The notes under the pieces were generated by a model, which worked only from the letters and a program-made list of their open reading frames with translations, did no database searches and had not been told where the DNA came from. 64,000 bases of DNA, from the NCBI GenBank assembly GCA_036273335.1, contig DASUHT010000018.1, positions 586 to 64,585 on the forward strand, written 5' to 3'. Made by a program: the position numbers and the translations under genes. Shown here in pieces: positions 61,224 through 64,000 of this stretch. Positions within the stretch are counted from its first letter, which is position 1. Each line of letters begins with the position of its first letter. This DNA comes from Gaiellales bacterium (GTDB taxonomy: Bacteria; Actinomycetota; Thermoleophilia; Gaiellales; JAICJC01).

Positions 61224-62332
61224 GCCGGCGCCCGGCAGGCCGTCTCGACCAGCCGAGCGGCCAGCTCCACACGGGCGGGCATGCTGGCCACCTCGATCCA
61301 CTCGTCTGCCGTGTGATCGCTGCCCCCGACCGGTCCCAGACCGTCCAGCGTGGGCACGCCGTAGGCGCCGGTCCAGCATCCGTCCGAGACGCCGCCAGAG
61401 AGCTCGTGCCCGATCTCCAGGCCCAACTCGCCGGCGAGCCCGGTGGCCAGTTCGGCGAGTCGCGCTGAGTACGGCATCGGCGGCCAGGTCCCGCGGCCCT
61501 CGAGGCGGTAGCTGATTCCGTCGCGAGGTGCCGGGTGGTCGAGCGCGGCCAGCGCATGGTCGAGATCGGCAGGAACCGACGAGCGGATGTCGATGGTCGC
61601 CCGCGCCGATCCGGGAACGGTGTTGGCGGCGTCGCCGGCGACCACCGTGGTGATCACGGACGTCATCTCGGGGCGGCCGGCGGCGAGCGCCTCGATGCGC
61701 TCGATCTCCGGCGCCAGGGCCGAGACCGCGCTGCGGCCACGAGCGGTGTCGGCGCCGGCGTGGGCGGGCCGTCCCTGCACGTGCAGCGTGCGCCAGATCG
61801 CCCCCTTGCGGCTGGACACAAGGTTCCCGTTCTCGCGCGCGCACTCGAAGATCAGCGCCGCGGCGGTGCCGCGGGCCGGCTCGGTGGCGGCAGGAGCGCG
61901 CAGCCTCGTCTCCTCGTCCGCGCAGATCAGGAAGCGCAGCTCCGAAAACGGGCGCTCGGGGCGGGCAGCCAGCCGCTCGATCGCCATCGCCGCCAGCACC
62001 AGCCCGCCCTTCATGTCGGCCACCCCCGGCCCGAAGCAGCGGTCCCCCTCACGCCGGAACGGTCGCTCGACGGCCGTGCCAAGGGGGAACACCGTATCGG
62101 TGTGGCCGAGCAGCGAGACGTCCGGCCCACAGTCGCCGGGGAGCGTCACCGCCAGGCTGCGCGCGGGGTTGTCAGGCTCGTCGATCCAGCGATGGGAGAC
62201 GCCCAGCGGCGCCAACCAGTCGAGCAGCTCGGCCGCGACCTGCTCCTGCTCGGTCCCGCCGGACGGCGAGTCGATCGCGACCAGCTGCTCGAGCCGCCCG
62301 CAGAACACCTCGATGGCGGCGGTGTCCGGCAC
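61220..62332 (-). CDS. M20-family metallopeptidase (ArgE/DapE/CPG2-like)
   Basis: LLGHTDTVFP, GPGVADMKGG and ICADEE motifs. GTG 62332 is the assumed start. Confidence 0.8.
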   Translation of the reverse strand: MPDTAAIEVFCGRLEQLVAIDSPSGGTEQEQVAAELLDWLAPLGVSHRWIDEPDNPARSLAVTLPGDCGPDVSLLGHTDTVFPLGTAVERPFRREGDRCFGPGVADMKGGLVLAAMAIERLAARPERPFSELRFLICADEETRLRAPAATEPARGTAAALIFECARENGNLVSSRKGAIWRTLHVQGRPAHAGADTARGRSAVSALAPEIERIEALAAGRPEMTSVITTVVAGDAANTVPGSARATIDIRSSVPADLDHALAALDHPAPRDGISYRLEGRGTWPPMPYSARLAELATGLAGELGLEIGHELSGGVSDGCWTGAYGVPTLDGLGPVGGSDHTADEWIEVASMPARVELAARLVETACRAPA

Positions 62333-62406
62333 GACGCGTGAGTGTACCGGCCGGTCTACGCGCCCGGCGCGCCCGCCCTCGCGGGCGCGTTCACTACGCT
62401 TCCGGT

Positions 62407-63174
62407 ATGGCCGTCGTTCTCGACCGGGCAACGTTCCGGGCCTCCGGGCGTGACACACGCGCCTACCTGCAGAGCATGCTCACCCAGGATGTCGAGGCGA
62501 TCCCCGAGGGCTCCGGCGCCTACGCGCTGCTGCTCACACCCAAGGCCCGGGTGATCGCCGACGTGGAGGTGTTCGCGGTGGACGGGACGCTCGTCCTGGC
62601 GCTGCCGCCGGCCGTGGCGGACGACGCGGTGCGCACGCTGGAGACGGCACGGTTCCGCAAGAAGGTGGTGTTCGAGCCGGCGCCCGAGGTCGTCGTCTGG
62701 CAGGGGGATACCGGCCTGGCCGAGTTCGCGACCCCGGCCGGGACGCTTGTCCTGGCAGCGCAGGCGCCGGCTCGGCCAGAGCCCGCCGACCGCTGGCAGG
62801 TGGCCCGGGTGGAGGCTGGAATGCCCGAGTTCGGGATCGACTTCGACGGGTCGTCGATGCCGGCTGAGGCCGGTCTCGAGGATCGCGCCATCAGCTTCAC
62901 CAAGGGCTGCTACCCGGGTCAGGAGCCGGTCGCCCGCCTGCATTACCGCGGGCACGCCAACCGCGGCCTGCGCGGTCTGCGCCACGCCGGCGAGCCGCCG
63001 GCGCGTGGGACGCCGGTTGTCCAGGACGGCCGCGAGGTGGGGCGCACCGGCTCGGCCGCGGTGTCCGAGCGGTTCGGCCCGATCGGCCTGGCGGTGCTGC
63101 GGCGGGAGGTTGCCGACGGTGCGCTCGTCGTCGCCGGAGGCGCCGCCACCGTGACCGCGCTGCCGTTCGCCTAG
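62407..63174 (+). CDS. ygfZ: Folate-binding Fe-S cluster repair protein YgfZ (GcvT-like)
   Basis: The KGCYPGQE signature. N-terminus RDTRAYLQSMLTQDV. Confidence 0.85.
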   Translation: MAVVLDRATFRASGRDTRAYLQSMLTQDVEAIPEGSGAYALLLTPKARVIADVEVFAVDGTLVLALPPAVADDAVRTLETARFRKKVVFEPAPEVVVWQGDTGLAEFATPAGTLVLAAQAPARPEPADRWQVARVEAGMPEFGIDFDGSSMPAEAGLEDRAISFTKGCYPGQEPVARLHYRGHANRGLRGLRHAGEPPARGTPVVQDGREVGRTGSAAVSERFGPIGLAVLRREVADGALVVAGGAATVTALPFA

Positions 63175-63563
63175 GACTCCCAGTCGCCGACCGCGTAGGC
63201 GCCGCCCGGAGTGGCGCCGATGACCAGCAGCGTAGTCGGGCTCGCGGTCGACTCGATCTTTCGCCGTACGGCCGGCTGAACGGCGATCAGTCCGCCCGCG
63301 CCGACGGCCGCCGCCTCGCCGTCCAGCGTGGCGGTCACCCCGCCGGCGTGGACGAAGTAGAGCTCCTGCTGCCCGGACGCCGTCTCGTCGTGCTCCGGGA
63401 TGAGGACGCTCCCGGCGTCCTTGGTGACGGCGTTCACGCCGAAAGCGGTGATTGCGAAGTGGTGGCGGATCGACTTCCAGGAGGACGGCCAGTCAGGCTT
63501 CACGGGGGGCACGTCGTTCACATCCTGTTCGATCTTCCAACCCGGTCCTGCCGTGGCGGCCAT
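63171..63563 (-). CDS. Cupin-domain protein
   Basis: ...IPEHDETASGQQELYFVHAGG...GGLIAVQPAVRR... It is a paralogue of the cupin at 29178-29498. Confidence 0.65.
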   Translation of the reverse strand: MAATAGPGWKIEQDVNDVPPVKPDWPSSWKSIRHHFAITAFGVNAVTKDAGSVLIPEHDETASGQQELYFVHAGGVTATLDGEAAAVGAGGLIAVQPAVRRKIESTASPTTLLVIGATPGGAYAVGDWES

Positions 63564-63600
63564 CGATCGTCCTCCTGGAGTGCGGAGTGGGGCCCCGATC

Positions 63601-64000
63601 CTACTCCTGGAACTCGTAGATGAGGCGGCCGCCGTGACGAAATCCCTGCTTGGCGTAGAAGTCGGGGATCCCCAGCTCCTGGTCGTCCGGCGTCACCCGC
63701 AGCTCGATCGACTGGATGCCGCGGCGCCTGCACTCGGCAACGGCGGTGCGCAGGAGGCGGGCACCCAGGCCGCGCCCACGCGCCGACGGCTGCACCCAGA
63801 TCTCCTCGATCTCCGCGCTGGCGCCGCCGCTGGCCGAGATGCGGATCGTCGTCGACGCAACTGCGGCGTCGTCCGCGACCGCGAAGAAGCCGCGGCCGGG
63901 ATCGTCCAGGATCGCCTCCACGTTCTGGGCCAGATGGGGCACCACCCGTCCTTCGTGGCTGAAGAACTCGGCGAGTAGCCGCGTCACCTGCGGCCCATCG
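63601..64000 (-). CDS. GNAT-family N-acetyltransferase; N-terminus probably beyond the window end
   Basis: The core is IWVQPSARGRGLGARLLRTAVAECRRRG. The frame stays open from GTG 63987 to base 64000, and the first GNAT beta-strand is missing. Confidence 0.65.
   Translation of the reverse strand, partial: DGPQVTRLLAEFFSHEGRVVPHLAQNVEAILDDPGRGFFAVADDAAVASTTIRISASGGASAEIEEIWVQPSARGRGLGARLLRTAVAECRRRGIQSIELRVTPDDQELGIPDFYAKQGFRHGGRLIYEFQE

Noticed and set aside
59116-61557. 813-aa (minus) and 724-aa (plus, 59142-61316) alternative-frame ORFs over the large membrane-protein gene
   Set aside because: The translations are Arg/Gly/Pro-rich. The chosen frame gives coherent hydrophobic TM spans and an ATGA coupling to the upstream gene.

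Overview
Very GC-rich, actinobacterium-like chromosomal core region. It is densely packed, with many 4-nt ATGA/GTGA stop-start overlaps and several apparently leaderless genes. I recognised no rRNA, tRNA, CRISPR array, transposase, integrase or phage gene.

Gene content from left to right:
- Housekeeping genes: a VOC-family fragment, DUF3107, PAP2, ychF, a YhaM-like OB/HD protein, DUF1015, an IMPase-family protein, mrp/apbC, DUF1028 and an MBL-fold hydrolase.
- A PilZ protein.
- An RHH - small ORF - DUF4097 - MFS operon with a clear leaderless promoter.
- The complete 14-gene NADH:quinone oxidoreductase operon nuoA-N on the minus strand (11708-26203).
- An IscA-like protein, a TrxB-type ferredoxin-NADP reductase, a cupin, fumC and a GATase1 protein.
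- A minus-strand operon: E1alpha-E1beta-E2 (2-oxoacid dehydrogenase)-lipB-lipA-hydrolase-GNAT.
- A compact hopanoid cluster: yjbQ-hpnC-hpnD-hpnE-shc-(hpnG::ispH)-hpnH.
- Lipid-modifying genes: an SDR, an LpxL/PatA-like acyltransferase and a PAP2_C protein.
- A zinc-ribbon protein coupled to a degenerate GGDEF protein.
- groES-groEL with a promoter and CIRCE operator.
- An AlkA-like glycosylase, envelope membrane proteins with an M20 peptidase, ygfZ, a cupin and a GNAT.

Observations most worth a second look:
1. A 315-bp insert between nuoF and nuoG. It holds a 58-bp duplication of the nuoF 3' end and two translationally coupled small ORFs.
2. An in-frame HpnG-IspH fusion inside the hopanoid cluster.
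3. A 68-bp imperfect direct repeat that duplicates a divergent start region (29495/29765).
4. Three genes whose conserved N-termini lie upstream of any ATG/GTG/TTG.
5. A zinc-ribbon protein coupled to a GGDEF protein with motif GSSEF and an intact RxxD I-site.
6. A leaderless promoter overlaid by tandem TGACGTCA palindromes.

Limits: all calls rest on reading the sequence and ORF translations by eye and on remembered family motifs. No database search, covariance model or folding program was run. Start codons are often uncertain.
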